Shown here piece after piece: positions 37,101 through 44,952 of a DNA stretch of 64,000 nucleotides. The stretch lies in NCBI GenBank assembly GCA_934157235.1, contig CAKPHH010000004.1, positions 4,585-68,584 of the forward strand, given 5' to 3'. A program made the position numbers and the translations under genes. Numbering within the stretch: the first letter of the stretch is position 1; the number at the start of each line of letters is the position of its first letter. This stretch comes from an uncultured Bacilli bacterium. Its GTDB lineage: Bacteria > Bacillota_I > Bacilli_A > RF39 > UBA660. A model generated the notes under the pieces. The model saw only the letters and a program-made list of their open reading frames with translations. It was not told where the DNA came from and did no database searches.

Positions 37101-38763
37101 GATTTTAATTAAGAGTATTGAGAATGATATTGTACTTAATGGAGAAGAAGAGAAGACTTTAATATTTACATTGGGCGCTAATAGAAGTGAATGTATTGGA
37201 GAAGGTTTAGTTAGAAAATATAGTGATATTGAGTATGCTTTAAAGGCTTATGAGAAGGTATGTGAGTATTGGAATGATACTTTAGAAAGAGTTAAGGTTA
37301 AGAGTCCAGATAAGAGTTTTGATTATATGATTAATGGTTGGTACTTATATCAAACTATATCTTCTAGAATTATGGCTAAAGCAGGTTTTTATCAAGTATC
37401 TGGAGCATTTGGTTATAGAGATCAATTACAGGATGCGATGAATATTGTTTTAGTTAGACCAGATATGACTAGAAAACAAATTCTTATAAATGCAGAACAT
37501 CAATTTATAGAGGGGGATGTTTTACATTGGTGGCATGAGGAGAGTAAATTTGGACTTAGAAGTCGCTATATGGATGATTTCTTATGGCTAGTCTATGCAA
37601 CTATTAATTATATTGAAGTAACAGGAGATAGTGATATATTAGAAGTTAAGGTTCCTTATGTTACATGTGATTTACTTGGTACTTATGAATATGAAAAGAC
37701 TATTTATTATAATTATTCTAATAATAGTGATACACTTCTTAAGCATTGTTTTAAATCTTTAAGTTTATCAATGTCTAATTTAGGGAGTCATGGTTTACCA
37801 TTAATGAATGGTGGAGACTGGAATGATGGAATGAATAGAGTTGGTATTAAAGGTAAGGGAGAAAGTGTTTGGTTAGGATTCTTCTTATACAATATTATTG
37901 ATAAATTTATAGAGATGATTAAGGATAATAAACTTAATGTCGATACTTTACTGTATGAAAGGTTTAATGAAAAATTAAGAGATAATTTAAATAAATATGG
38001 TTGGGATAAGGACTATTATTTAAGAGCTTATTTTGATAATGGAGATAAACTTGGTAGTCGTGATAATAGTGAATGTAAGATTGATTTAATATCACAGAGT
38101 TTTTCGATTATATCTTCTGTTGCATCAAAAGAAAGAGGTTTAAAAGTAATTGAGGAAGTTGAGAAGAATTTAGTTGATAGTGATAATGGAATTATAAAAT
38201 TATTAAATCCGGCTTTTAAAAAGTCTTTAAATAATCCTGGATATATTATGAATTATCATGAAGGTATTAGAGAAAATGGGGGACAATATACTCATGCGGT
38301 TAGTTGGTATATCATGGCTTTAATAAAAATGGGATATAGGGAGAAGGCTTATCAATATTATCAAATGATTAATCCGATTAATAGAACTTTAGATAAAGAA
38401 TTAGTTTCTAAATATAATGGAGAGCCTTATGTTATTGCGGCTGATATTTATGCTAATAAGAGTTTTTTAGGACAGGCTGGTTGGACTTGGTATACAGGTT
38501 CTGCAGGATGGTTTTATAATGTGGCTCTTAGAGATATTTTAGGTATTAAGAAATTTGGTAAGAAATTAAAAATAGAACCTAGTTTTCCAGATGGTTGGAA
38601 AGAGTTTAAAATTACTTATATATTTATGGATACTGTTTATAAAATAGAAGTTCATAAAGATGGTAAGGATGAAACTATTGTTGATGGATGTATTCAAAAG
38701 CGTCATAGTATTGAGTTGATTAACGATAAAAAAACTCATGATATTAACATTTATCGAAAATAA
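31114..38763 (+). CDS. cyclic beta-1,2-glucan synthase-like giant protein (membrane glycosyltransferase + GH94 glycoside phosphorylase domains)
   Basis: 2549 aa from ATG 31114 (RBS AGGAGAG; extended -10 TGGTATAAT at 31083-31091); TM segments, glycosyltransferase DxD (TLDTDTRL) and RRHHRWARGD (Q/RxxRW) motifs, C-terminal GH94 signature GGDWNDGMN. Confidence 0.8.
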   Translation: MNDMYFGFLKRFNKINKYYNYLIKQTRKSFYVGITNEWIIDNFYLLAELKTDIVRDRVEICKSIKDTKNLYYTLRQVAISNNYNIPFKVLVAELKKYQKDNKINLSYSKISAIKYLLEFIYIEKLYLLALDEEEKLLVKEKISKTIDTCNLDEVKLSTFTDNNFDVYNNKYYIYELSQQIKRLGNKSNYVFKEINELLESKNIGLKEIINDFHQEKISTNILISNVFGDLKRLLELSDEELFKNVSFTEKLLLMDKVYKSMTIESKVLYRRQITKLAKRKRCSEYELLEKLYGISLKEERHIGFYLFKEKNNILKTYIYLFVILILTLSISLFLSNYFIDLRWLGFLILLIPVNQLVIRIINTILVRIVPINVLPKMDYSLGLPTEATTMVVIPTIISSTDKIKEMFDTLETFYLINKSSNLYFTLLGDVKESSKGVEDYDSKFSLYGESYAANLNKKYGKDLFYFVYRKIFFNDKENKYLGYERKRGALIQFNKILLGKVTPSFSKKNFFVNTLENKKLNIKYVITLDTDTRLVLSSALNLVGAMAHPLNKPILNKEGTKVISGYGLMQPRVDVDIESTNKSLYSQIFAGVGGFDTYSAFVPDLYQDLFREGSFIGKGIYDLEVFDKLLAETFPDNLILSHDLIEGNYLRVGYLADISLIDNFPSSFLTDVRRHHRWARGDVQIIGWLLNKVLNKKKEKVKNPINVLGKFKILDNIVRMFLFPTLLLILLLATNMKFSKSLLWIGFVILEVAISIIFFFGEKLTQKNETKKVTVYYKNLLLGGRSLLYRAYITFITLPFYTVLYMDAFFRTLYRLFKTHKNLLNWVSSEEVSKNTDNSLKSYLRLFIPNYVVIILLIIVGLISNNFITYIMAFMFLTAPFILYLVSLDKTSNNKVSDNDLEQLEVLALDTWKYFYDNIKEEYHYLIPDNYQENREKKLDLRTSPTAIGYSLTSVISAYEMNFIELDEAFNLLGDILKSVDSLEKWNGHLYNWYNIENCQVLNPRFVSTVDSGNFIASVVIAREFLNKYENLELVKLCDKLINNANFKKLYTKRSVFSIGYDDNEGKLSIYNYNNFASEARLTSYLAICKGDVSVKHWFSLDKSLTMYKGHKGLISWSGTSFEYYMPFLFMKNYPNTLLDEAYQFAYFCQKSYIEKISKKLPWGISESAYNELDDALNYKYKAFSTPYLKMKEDKDKRIVISPYASIMALELFPKEVISNISKYKEMNMFDKYGLYESYDCDNETCVKAYFAHHQGMILMGLVNYLKEDSLKNYFHQNTLIKTFEILLKEKVQLRTDIDMKISDYKKYNYQKEEISNDIRTFNYISDMPEFSVLSNKKYCLLINDKGNGFSRYRTLQLNRYRKASEQDHGIYMYIRDLDTNYVWSNTYAPINKKSDNYEVVFASDKIKYLRTDGKIMTTTEIVVTPYHNAEIRKVTFKNNSDVSRTLELTTYMEVILSENMDDVSHRAFNNMFVSSEWDSKSNSLIMMRKGKGDSLVNNYMVSRLIVLDPMDKYSYETERSNFIGRGQRLNNPISISKKLSNYVGDNLDPISSIRNKIEIAANESREVYFIVGFGRSREQIREIINSYNTPRDINNTFKLASLNNVINTKSLNIKGEELRLYNIMLNYLYQTTKIALTEERLDLLRKNSLAQPGLWKFGISGDRPIILVDISDISDLPFVFSILKAFEYYKNNSIFVDVVIINNEGEYREVINKEIDDEIYRIYSVNSFYHTPGIIKVIDGGSLSREEISLFGIVPRLRFIIKDHITLEEAVLELQKKNKISDYEEKLYEKNSETSNLDKLEFDNGYGGFKNKGREYVIYNNKTPKPWSNVIANEEFGTIITNNGAGFTYFDNSSEFKITSWTNDLVVDDCSEGFKFNDLIFKPDSCVHGMGYSILKSESNDLKKEIIEFVSVNEPVKLYLVKLTNKTKWKKNIKVNFWINPTLGNFDEKTARHILSEFMEEDNFLRLRNAYSINYSDVYVYMSSSEKITKASYDKILIKSIENDIVLNGEEEKTLIFTLGANRSECIGEGLVRKYSDIEYALKAYEKVCEYWNDTLERVKVKSPDKSFDYMINGWYLYQTISSRIMAKAGFYQVSGAFGYRDQLQDAMNIVLVRPDMTRKQILINAEHQFIEGDVLHWWHEESKFGLRSRYMDDFLWLVYATINYIEVTGDSDILEVKVPYVTCDLLGTYEYEKTIYYNYSNNSDTLLKHCFKSLSLSMSNLGSHGLPLMNGGDWNDGMNRVGIKGKGESVWLGFFLYNIIDKFIEMIKDNKLNVDTLLYERFNEKLRDNLNKYGWDKDYYLRAYFDNGDKLGSRDNSECKIDLISQSFSIISSVASKERGLKVIEEVEKNLVDSDNGIIKLLNPAFKKSLNNPGYIMNYHEGIRENGGQYTHAVSWYIMALIKMGYREKAYQYYQMINPINRTLDKELVSKYNGEPYVIAADIYANKSFLGQAGWTWYTGSAGWFYNVALRDILGIKKFGKKLKIEPSFPDGWKEFKITYIFMDTVYKIEVHKDGKDETIVDGCIQKRHSIELINDKKTHDINIYRK

Positions 38764-38812
38764 GCTCCTTTTATTTAGACTCGTGTTATAATGAGTTTTG
38801 GAGATGATTAAA

Positions 38813-39511
38813 ATGAAATTTATAGTTTCAGAAGAATTTTTTGAGAAGGTTCCAAATGCGTATTTTGGAATAGTTTATTTTAATAATTTTGATAACAAAA
38901 CTAAATTAGACTTTACAGATAAAATGTTAGAAGAAGCTATTGAGAGTGCTAGAGAAAGACTTGGTGAAGGTCGTGTAAAAGAAAATACTTTAATCATTCC
39001 TTATCGTGAGGCATTTAAGAATTTAGGAATTAATCCTAATAAATTCATGTGTTCAATAGAAGCTTTAATGACTAGAATTTCTAAGGGAGGGGAAATACCT
39101 CATATTAATCCAATTGTTGATATATGTAATGCTTTATCTATTAAATATATTTTACCTGTAGGTGTACATGATGTAGCTAACTTTAAGGGTGATTTAGAGA
39201 TAAGAGGTGCAGTAGCAGAAGATACATTTGTTTCTTTTGGAAGTGAAGAAGTTGAACATCCAGATGTAGGAGAAGTTGTGTATGTTTCTGGTAATGAAGT
39301 AAAGACAAGGAGATGGACTTGGAGACAAGGTGAAAAAAGTAAAGTTACAGAAGAAACTAGTCATATCTTTGTACCAATAGATGGATTTACTGATGTTAAT
39401 AAAGAAGAAGTAATTGCTTTACAAAAAGAATTAGTAGAAATACTTAAATCTTTAGGAATAGAAGCAGTTGTTGATTATGTTGATAAAGATAAAAGAAGTT
39501 TTGAAGTATAA
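38813..39511 (+). CDS. B3/B4 tRNA-binding-domain protein
   Basis: Sequence pattern of PheT B3/B4-like standalone domain; RBS GGAG; extended -10 TGTTATAAT at 38784-38792; terminator AGCAAAC/GTTTGCT + T8 at 39526-39558. Confidence 0.55.
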   Translation: MKFIVSEEFFEKVPNAYFGIVYFNNFDNKTKLDFTDKMLEEAIESARERLGEGRVKENTLIIPYREAFKNLGINPNKFMCSIEALMTRISKGGEIPHINPIVDICNALSIKYILPVGVHDVANFKGDLEIRGAVAEDTFVSFGSEEVEHPDVGEVVYVSGNEVKTRRWTWRQGEKSKVTEETSHIFVPIDGFTDVNKEEVIALQKELVEILKSLGIEAVVDYVDKDKRSFEV

Positions 39512-39614
39512 AATTATTAAAATAGAAGCAAACGTAGTGATATGTTTGCTTTTTTTTATTTATAAGGAATTTTCTCTTCGAATGTGTAATTAGAATAAAA
39601 TATGCTATTGCATA

Positions 39615-39643
39615 TTGACAAACGTTTGTTTGTATATTATTAT
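39615..39643 (+). promoter_or_regulatory. tnpB promoter TTGACA-17-TATTAT within IS left end
   Basis: Perfect -35, 17-nt spacer, TATTAT. Confidence 0.6.
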
Positions 39644-39672
39644 AGTAAGTCAAGATGATGGAGGTGTATTAC

Positions 39673-40803
39673 ATGTATAAAGCCTATAAGTTTAGATTGT
39701 ATCCTAATAGTTATCAAAAACAACTGCTAAGTAAAACTTTTGGTTGTGTTAGACTTATTTATAATTATTTTTTGGATAAGTGTATGAAAAGTGGTTTTAT
39801 AAGGGCTTTTGACATGTGTATAGAAATAAAAGAATTGTATGCTGAGTATCCATTTTTGAAAGAAGTAGATTCTTGCAGTTTAAGATGTGCAGTTTTTAAT
39901 TTAGAGGATGCTTTTAAGAATTACTTTTCTAAACGTAGTAATTATCCTAGGTTTAAGAGTAAATATAATAAACAAAGTTATAGAACTACATGTATTAGGA
40001 GTACATATAAAAATAGAGAATATAGTAATATAGAATTAGATTTAGTAAATAAAAAAGTTAAATTACCCAAACTGGGATTAGTTGATATAAGAGGTTATAG
40101 AACTTTAAAAGAGATAAAGGGAAAAATTATAAATGCAACTATTGAAAAAGAAACAACTAATAAATACTATGTAAGCATTGTAGTTGAAGAAAAAGAGTTT
40201 GGACTCAGTAAAGTTACTCCACAAAGTATAGTTGGGATAGACTTAGGCATAAAAGATTTAGTAGTAACTAGTGATGGAGAAAAATATAATAATCCAAAAG
40301 AGTTATTAAAAAGAGAAAAGAGATTAAAAAGACTACAACGGAAGCTAGCGAGACAAATAAAGGGTAGTAATAACTATTACAAGACTAAAGAAAGAATCGC
40401 TAGAATTTATAGTAAAATTAAAAATAGTAGAAAACATAATATAAATAATATTGTAAATAAACTTGTAAAAGAACATGATATAGTAGTTAGTGAAAAACTA
40501 AAAGTACAAGAAATGACACATAATCACAATTTAGCCAAAAATATTTTAGATGCCAGTTTCGATAAAATATGTCAAATGCTCAAATGGAAATGCAGTGTAT
40601 TAGGAAAATATTATTATCAAGTAGATACATATTTTCCAAGTAGTAAGAAATGTAGTCATTGTGACAATACAACAAGTAAAACGAATGATTTGAATGTTAG
40701 AAACTGGATATGTGATAAGTGTGGATGTGAAAATGATCGAGATATAAATGCAAGTATAAATATTATGTTTGAAGGATTAAAAATGTATTATCAAAGTAAT
40801 TAA
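39673..40803 (+). CDS. tnpB: TnpB (IS605 OrfB) RNA-guided nuclease-like protein
   Basis: N-terminal KAYKFRLYPNSYQKQLLSKTFGCVRLIYN, RuvC-like core, C-terminal zinc finger CSHCDNT...CDKCGCENDRDINASINI; RBS GGAGGTG. Confidence 0.85.
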   Translation: MYKAYKFRLYPNSYQKQLLSKTFGCVRLIYNYFLDKCMKSGFIRAFDMCIEIKELYAEYPFLKEVDSCSLRCAVFNLEDAFKNYFSKRSNYPRFKSKYNKQSYRTTCIRSTYKNREYSNIELDLVNKKVKLPKLGLVDIRGYRTLKEIKGKIINATIEKETTNKYYVSIVVEEKEFGLSKVTPQSIVGIDLGIKDLVVTSDGEKYNNPKELLKREKRLKRLQRKLARQIKGSNNYYKTKERIARIYSKIKNSRKHNINNIVNKLVKEHDIVVSEKLKVQEMTHNHNLAKNILDASFDKICQMLKWKCSVLGKYYYQVDTYFPSSKKCSHCDNTTSKTNDLNVRNWICDKCGCENDRDINASINIMFEGLKMYYQSN

Positions 40804-40804
40804 A

Positions 40805-40915
40805 TAAATATGAATAAATAAAGTGAGTACGGTAGCGACTATCGGAATTTAAGCCTATGGAGAATAGAGGATACTCTATCTATGAAGTAGGAATTTTGAT
40901 CGGTGACGACCAAAG
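40805..40915 (+). ncRNA. IS right end / candidate omega-RNA (reRNA) scaffold plus adjacent guide region
   Basis: Conserved block AAAGTGAGTACGGTAGCGACTATCGGAATTTAAGCCTATGGAGAATAGAGGATACTC directly 3' of tnpB, repeated at 30408-30475; followed by terminator GACAAAT-ttta-ATTTGTC + T4 (40917-40940). Confidence 0.35.
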
Positions 40916-40987
40916 CGACAAATTTTAATTTGTCTTTTGTTCGGAAATGTGGTATAATTTAGAACGTTTGAGGGGGATAAGGATATT

Positions 40988-41464
40988 ATGATAGAAAGTA
41001 GTCGTTATGAAATAATTGATTCAATAGGAAGAAATTGTATAGCAGTACCTATTTATGCAGATGAAGGTAGATTAGAGGATCGAACTTTACATGAAAAAGA
41101 TTTTGATGAATGTATGAAAACAAGTATTATAACAGCAATTCGTTATGATTTAGAACTTGTAGGAGTACAAATTATTGCTTCAGAAAATGGTAGAAAAAGA
41201 ACAACTGATTATTATATTGGAGATGTTGCGGCAGTTGATGCTGAAGGTAGACCAAGTAGAGTTAGAGTTGGACAATTCAGTTATGGGGCTGGAGACTTTA
41301 GATCTTATGCTGATGTTGGCTCTAGAAAACATAGTATAGAAATTTGTCCTGGAAGAGTTTCTTTAGCGAAAAAATGTGCTCAAATATTAGAATTGCCATA
41401 TATTTTTCCACTTGAAGAAGTAACTAAAAGAGAAGTACCAAAGGAGAAAGTATTGAAACGTTAA
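40988..41464 (+). CDS. hypothetical protein (158 aa), GC-richer than surroundings
   Basis: RBS GAGGGGGA; extended -10 TGTGGTATAAT upstream; terminator TAGCC-gaaa-GGCTA + T7 at 41469-41491. Confidence 0.5.
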   Translation: MIESSRYEIIDSIGRNCIAVPIYADEGRLEDRTLHEKDFDECMKTSIITAIRYDLELVGVQIIASENGRKRTTDYYIGDVAAVDAEGRPSRVRVGQFSYGAGDFRSYADVGSRKHSIEICPGRVSLAKKCAQILELPYIFPLEEVTKREVPKEKVLKR

Positions 41465-41518
41465 ATTAATAGCCGAAAGGCTATTTTTTTGTTATAATGT
41501 TTTTATAGAGGTGACGTG

Positions 41519-42694
41519 ATGATTAAGTTTGATTTAGCTTTATTAGATAACGAGTTATATAGAAATAACTTATTAAGAAAAGAAGAGATATTTAATAAGT
41601 TTAATAATAGTAGTATGATTGGTTGGATGAGAGAGGCTTCTCAAGAAGAAGTTTCAACGATTTTAAAACTAAGTGATGAGATAAAGAAGAATGCTGATTG
41701 TTTAGTTGTGATAGGAATTGGAGGTTCTTACTTAGGAAGTTTTTCTTTGAATAAGATCTTTAAAAAAGATGATAGTTTTGAAGTTGTTTATTTAGGGAAT
41801 AATTTATCTAGTGAAGAGATAAGTAAAAAATTAGATTATTTAGCTAAGAAGAATTTTTATGTAAATGTTGTTAGTAAGAGTGGGACAACTATGGAGATTA
41901 AGATTAGTTATGATTTAATAAAAGACTTAATGAAAAAGAAATATAATGATGAGGAAATTAAAAAGAGAATAATTATTACGACGGATAAAGAAAAAGGTAA
42001 ATTGAGAGAGGAGTGTCGGAATTATGGATATAGATCATTAGTAATAGATAATGATATTGGAGGAAGGTATTCTTTAATAACAGCAGGTCATTTATTACCA
42101 TTAGATTTTAATATTGATATTGAAGAATTAATAAGAGGATATTATAAAGGAATTTATGAACTAAAAGAAGAAGCTTATAAGTATGCTTGTCTTAGAAAAA
42201 GTTTATTTGAAATGGGAAAATATATAGAAAATTATTCGGTTTATGAAGGAAAGTTTAGTTATTATTTAGAGTGGATTAAACAATTATTTGGAGAGACTGA
42301 AGGTAAAGATAAAAAGGGTATATTTCCAGTTTCAACTATTGGGACAAGAGATTTACATTCATTAGGACAATTTATACAAGAAGGAAATCCAATTATATTT
42401 GAAACTTTTATAAAGATATTAGAGATAAGTGATTTTAAATATATGGGTAGAAAATTAGATGATATTAATAATTTAGTTTTAGATTCAGTAGTTGAAGCTC
42501 ATACTAAAAATAATGTAATTTGTAATGTGATAACTCTTGATAAGATTACGGAAAATAATATGGGTGCTTTATGCGCATTCTTTATGTTAAGTGCAGCTTA
42601 TTCAGGATATTTATTTGAGGTTTTTCCTTTTGATCAACCAGGAGTTGAAGTTTATAAAGAGTGTGTGCGAAAAAGATTAGAGGGAGAAATATAA
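41519..42694 (+). CDS. pgi: glucose-6-phosphate isomerase
   Basis: Phosphoglucose isomerase signatures GGRYSLITAGHLLP and VIGIGGSYLG; RBS GAGGTGA. Confidence 0.8.
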   Translation: MIKFDLALLDNELYRNNLLRKEEIFNKFNNSSMIGWMREASQEEVSTILKLSDEIKKNADCLVVIGIGGSYLGSFSLNKIFKKDDSFEVVYLGNNLSSEEISKKLDYLAKKNFYVNVVSKSGTTMEIKISYDLIKDLMKKKYNDEEIKKRIIITTDKEKGKLREECRNYGYRSLVIDNDIGGRYSLITAGHLLPLDFNIDIEELIRGYYKGIYELKEEAYKYACLRKSLFEMGKYIENYSVYEGKFSYYLEWIKQLFGETEGKDKKGIFPVSTIGTRDLHSLGQFIQEGNPIIFETFIKILEISDFKYMGRKLDDINNLVLDSVVEAHTKNNVICNVITLDKITENNMGALCAFFMLSAAYSGYLFEVFPFDQPGVEVYKECVRKRLEGEI

Positions 42695-43302
42695 TGAAAA
42701 AGAAATATTTAGTTTTGATAAGTATCCTTTTAGTAATATTTCTTAGTATGCTAGGGATAGTTTTATTTGATAAGAATCTTACTTTTGATATGAGTATTTA
42801 TAATTTTATTATAAGTTTTAGATGTGATTTTCTAGATACATTGTTTAAGGCAATTACAGCATGTGGTAATCCTTTAACGATAGTTGCTTTAGTAGTAATA
42901 TTTATTGTGGCTTTAAGAAATAAAGATGCTTTATTACTTTCTATATCGGCACTTGATTCAATTATTTTAAATACAATAATTAAACATATTGTTAGAAGAG
43001 ATAGACCGAATGTAGTTAGATTAGTTACTGAGAAGGGCTATTCATTTCCATCAGGACATGCGATGATAGCCGTTTGTGTATATGGATTTTTATTTTATTT
43101 AGCTTTTAAGAAAATAAAAAATAAATATTTAAGAAATATAATTTGTATTGTATTAGGAATTTTAACATTAGGTATTGGTATTAGTAGAATATATGTAGGA
43201 GTACATTATGCTTCAGATATAATAGCAGGATATGCTTTAGCATTTATTGAAGTAATTTTATTAATGCAATGTGAAGATTTAATTAAATTCAGAGGGGAAT
43301 AG
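42694..43302 (+). CDS. PAP2-family membrane phosphatase (undecaprenyl-diphosphatase/PgpB-like)
   Basis: KHIVRRDRP, PSGH, SRIYVGVHYASD motifs; start overlaps pgi stop (TAATG). Confidence 0.75.
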   Translation: MKKKYLVLISILLVIFLSMLGIVLFDKNLTFDMSIYNFIISFRCDFLDTLFKAITACGNPLTIVALVVIFIVALRNKDALLLSISALDSIILNTIIKHIVRRDRPNVVRLVTEKGYSFPSGHAMIAVCVYGFLFYLAFKKIKNKYLRNIICIVLGILTLGIGISRIYVGVHYASDIIAGYALAFIEVILLMQCEDLIKFRGE

Positions 43303-43305
43303 GAT

Positions 43306-44034
43306 ATGTATAAATTATTAGTAAGTGATTTTGATGGGACATTAGTAGGAGAAGAATTAGCTATAGATTATTCAACAATGGTAGCAATAGATAAAATTAG
43401 AAGAGAAAAAGTATTATTTGCGATCGCGACTAGTAGATGTTTAGGAGATATATTGTATTACAATAGAGACTTTTCTTTTTTAGATTATGTAGTAGCTTCT
43501 AATGGCGCTGTTGTTTATGATGTTAATAGAGAAAAAATCTTATTTAAGAAAAGTATTAGTGTAGTTAGTGTTAGGAAGATTTATAAAGAATTTAAGGATT
43601 ATCAGATATATGCTTGTCGAAAAGATAGGAAATTTATATTAGTTAATTTAGAAGATATTAAAGATATATATAAATTAGAAATTATTTGTAATGATTTAAA
43701 TGATGCAGAGAAAGTAATACTTATACTTGATGATTTAGGATTAAATATTAATTGTACTAAGCAATATATTAATGGTACGTATGCAGTTTCTATTGTTAGT
43801 GCAGGTATTAATAAATTTAAGGGAATAGAAGTTATTTGTAATAAGATAAAAATAAAGATAGATGATGTTGTAGCGATAGGTTCTTCTTATAATGATATAG
43901 AAATGGTTAGAGATGTTGGATATGGTGTTGCGATGGGAGATGCTTTAGAAGACGTTAAGAGTGTGGCAGAAGAAGTTACTACTGATAATTTACATAAAGG
44001 AGTAGAGAAATTTATTGAAGAGAAATTTAGATAA
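43306..44034 (+). CDS. HAD-superfamily Cof-type phosphatase
   Basis: DFDGTL motif I, GDxxxD-type motif IV (AMGDALEDV); RBS AGAGGGGAA. Confidence 0.75.
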   Translation: MYKLLVSDFDGTLVGEELAIDYSTMVAIDKIRREKVLFAIATSRCLGDILYYNRDFSFLDYVVASNGAVVYDVNREKILFKKSISVVSVRKIYKEFKDYQIYACRKDRKFILVNLEDIKDIYKLEIICNDLNDAEKVILILDDLGLNINCTKQYINGTYAVSIVSAGINKFKGIEVICNKIKIKIDDVVAIGSSYNDIEMVRDVGYGVAMGDALEDVKSVAEEVTTDNLHKGVEKFIEEKFR

Positions 44035-44094
44035 ATTTTTCTTTCTTAAAGATAATAGTTGTATTATAATATTTGGTATGAAAGAGGCGGCAAT

Positions 44095-44943
44095 ATGAAA
44101 TTAAAGGTTAATAAGAATGGGGAACTTTTAGATTATTTGTATAATAATTTATATATGCCTAAGAAAAAAATTAAACAATATTTAACACATGGAGCTATTT
44201 TTGTTAATAATGTTAAGATTAGACAATATAATTATCCAATTATTAATGGAATGGAAATAGTTATTAATACAGATAGTAAAAATAAAAAAGTATTACCATT
44301 TGAAGTTTTATTTGAAGATGATAATATAATTGTTGTTAATAAACCGGCGGGACTTCTAACAATCGCAACTGCTAAAGAAAAAGAAAAGACATTATATCAT
44401 ATTGTTTCAGATTACTTAAAGAGTAAAGATAGAAATGCTAGAGTATTTATAGTACATAGATTAGATAAAGAAACATCTGGAGTTTTAGTACTTGCTAAAA
44501 ATGAAAAGATTAAAAAACAGTTACAAGAAAATTGGAATGAATATGTTAGTTTAAGAGAATATGTGGCAGTTGTACATGGACATTTGAAAGAACAAGAAAA
44601 GAAGATTATTCAAAATCTTAAAGAGACTAAGACTAATTTGGTATATGTTACAAAGCATAATGATGGAAAAGAAGCTATTACTAATTATAAAGTAATTAAA
44701 GAAAGTAGTAAGTATTCATTAGTTAGTATAAATATTGAAACAGGTAGAAAGAATCAAATAAGGGTAGCTTTTTCTAGTTTAGGTAATCCAATAGTTGGAG
44801 ATAATAAATACGGAATTAGAGATAAAGAAAATAGATTATATTTACACGCTAATAGATTAAAGATGTATTATCCAGTTATAAAAAAAGATATTTTATTTGA
44901 GACAAGTAATCCAGTGGAATTTAGAAAAATTATGGATAAATAG
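44095..44943 (+). CDS. RluA-family pseudouridine synthase with S4 domain
   Basis: HRLDKETSGVLVLAKN catalytic motif; RBS AAAGAGG. Confidence 0.8.
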   Translation: MKLKVNKNGELLDYLYNNLYMPKKKIKQYLTHGAIFVNNVKIRQYNYPIINGMEIVINTDSKNKKVLPFEVLFEDDNIIVVNKPAGLLTIATAKEKEKTLYHIVSDYLKSKDRNARVFIVHRLDKETSGVLVLAKNEKIKKQLQENWNEYVSLREYVAVVHGHLKEQEKKIIQNLKETKTNLVYVTKHNDGKEAITNYKVIKESSKYSLVSINIETGRKNQIRVAFSSLGNPIVGDNKYGIRDKENRLYLHANRLKMYYPVIKKDILFETSNPVEFRKIMDK

Positions 44944-44952
44944 GAGATATTT

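Larger units (their letters stand above)
39550..40940 (+). mobile_element. IS200/IS605-family insertion element of IS1341 type (tnpB only, no tnpA), inserted directly after a terminator T-run
   Basis: Left end with internal consensus promoter, tnpB ORF, right-end segment homologous to 30408-30475, terminal hairpin-terminator. Confidence 0.65.

Noticed and set aside
39444-39653. ORF 39444-39653(-)
   Set aside because: Spans the B3/4 gene terminator and the IS left end; antisense, no RBS.
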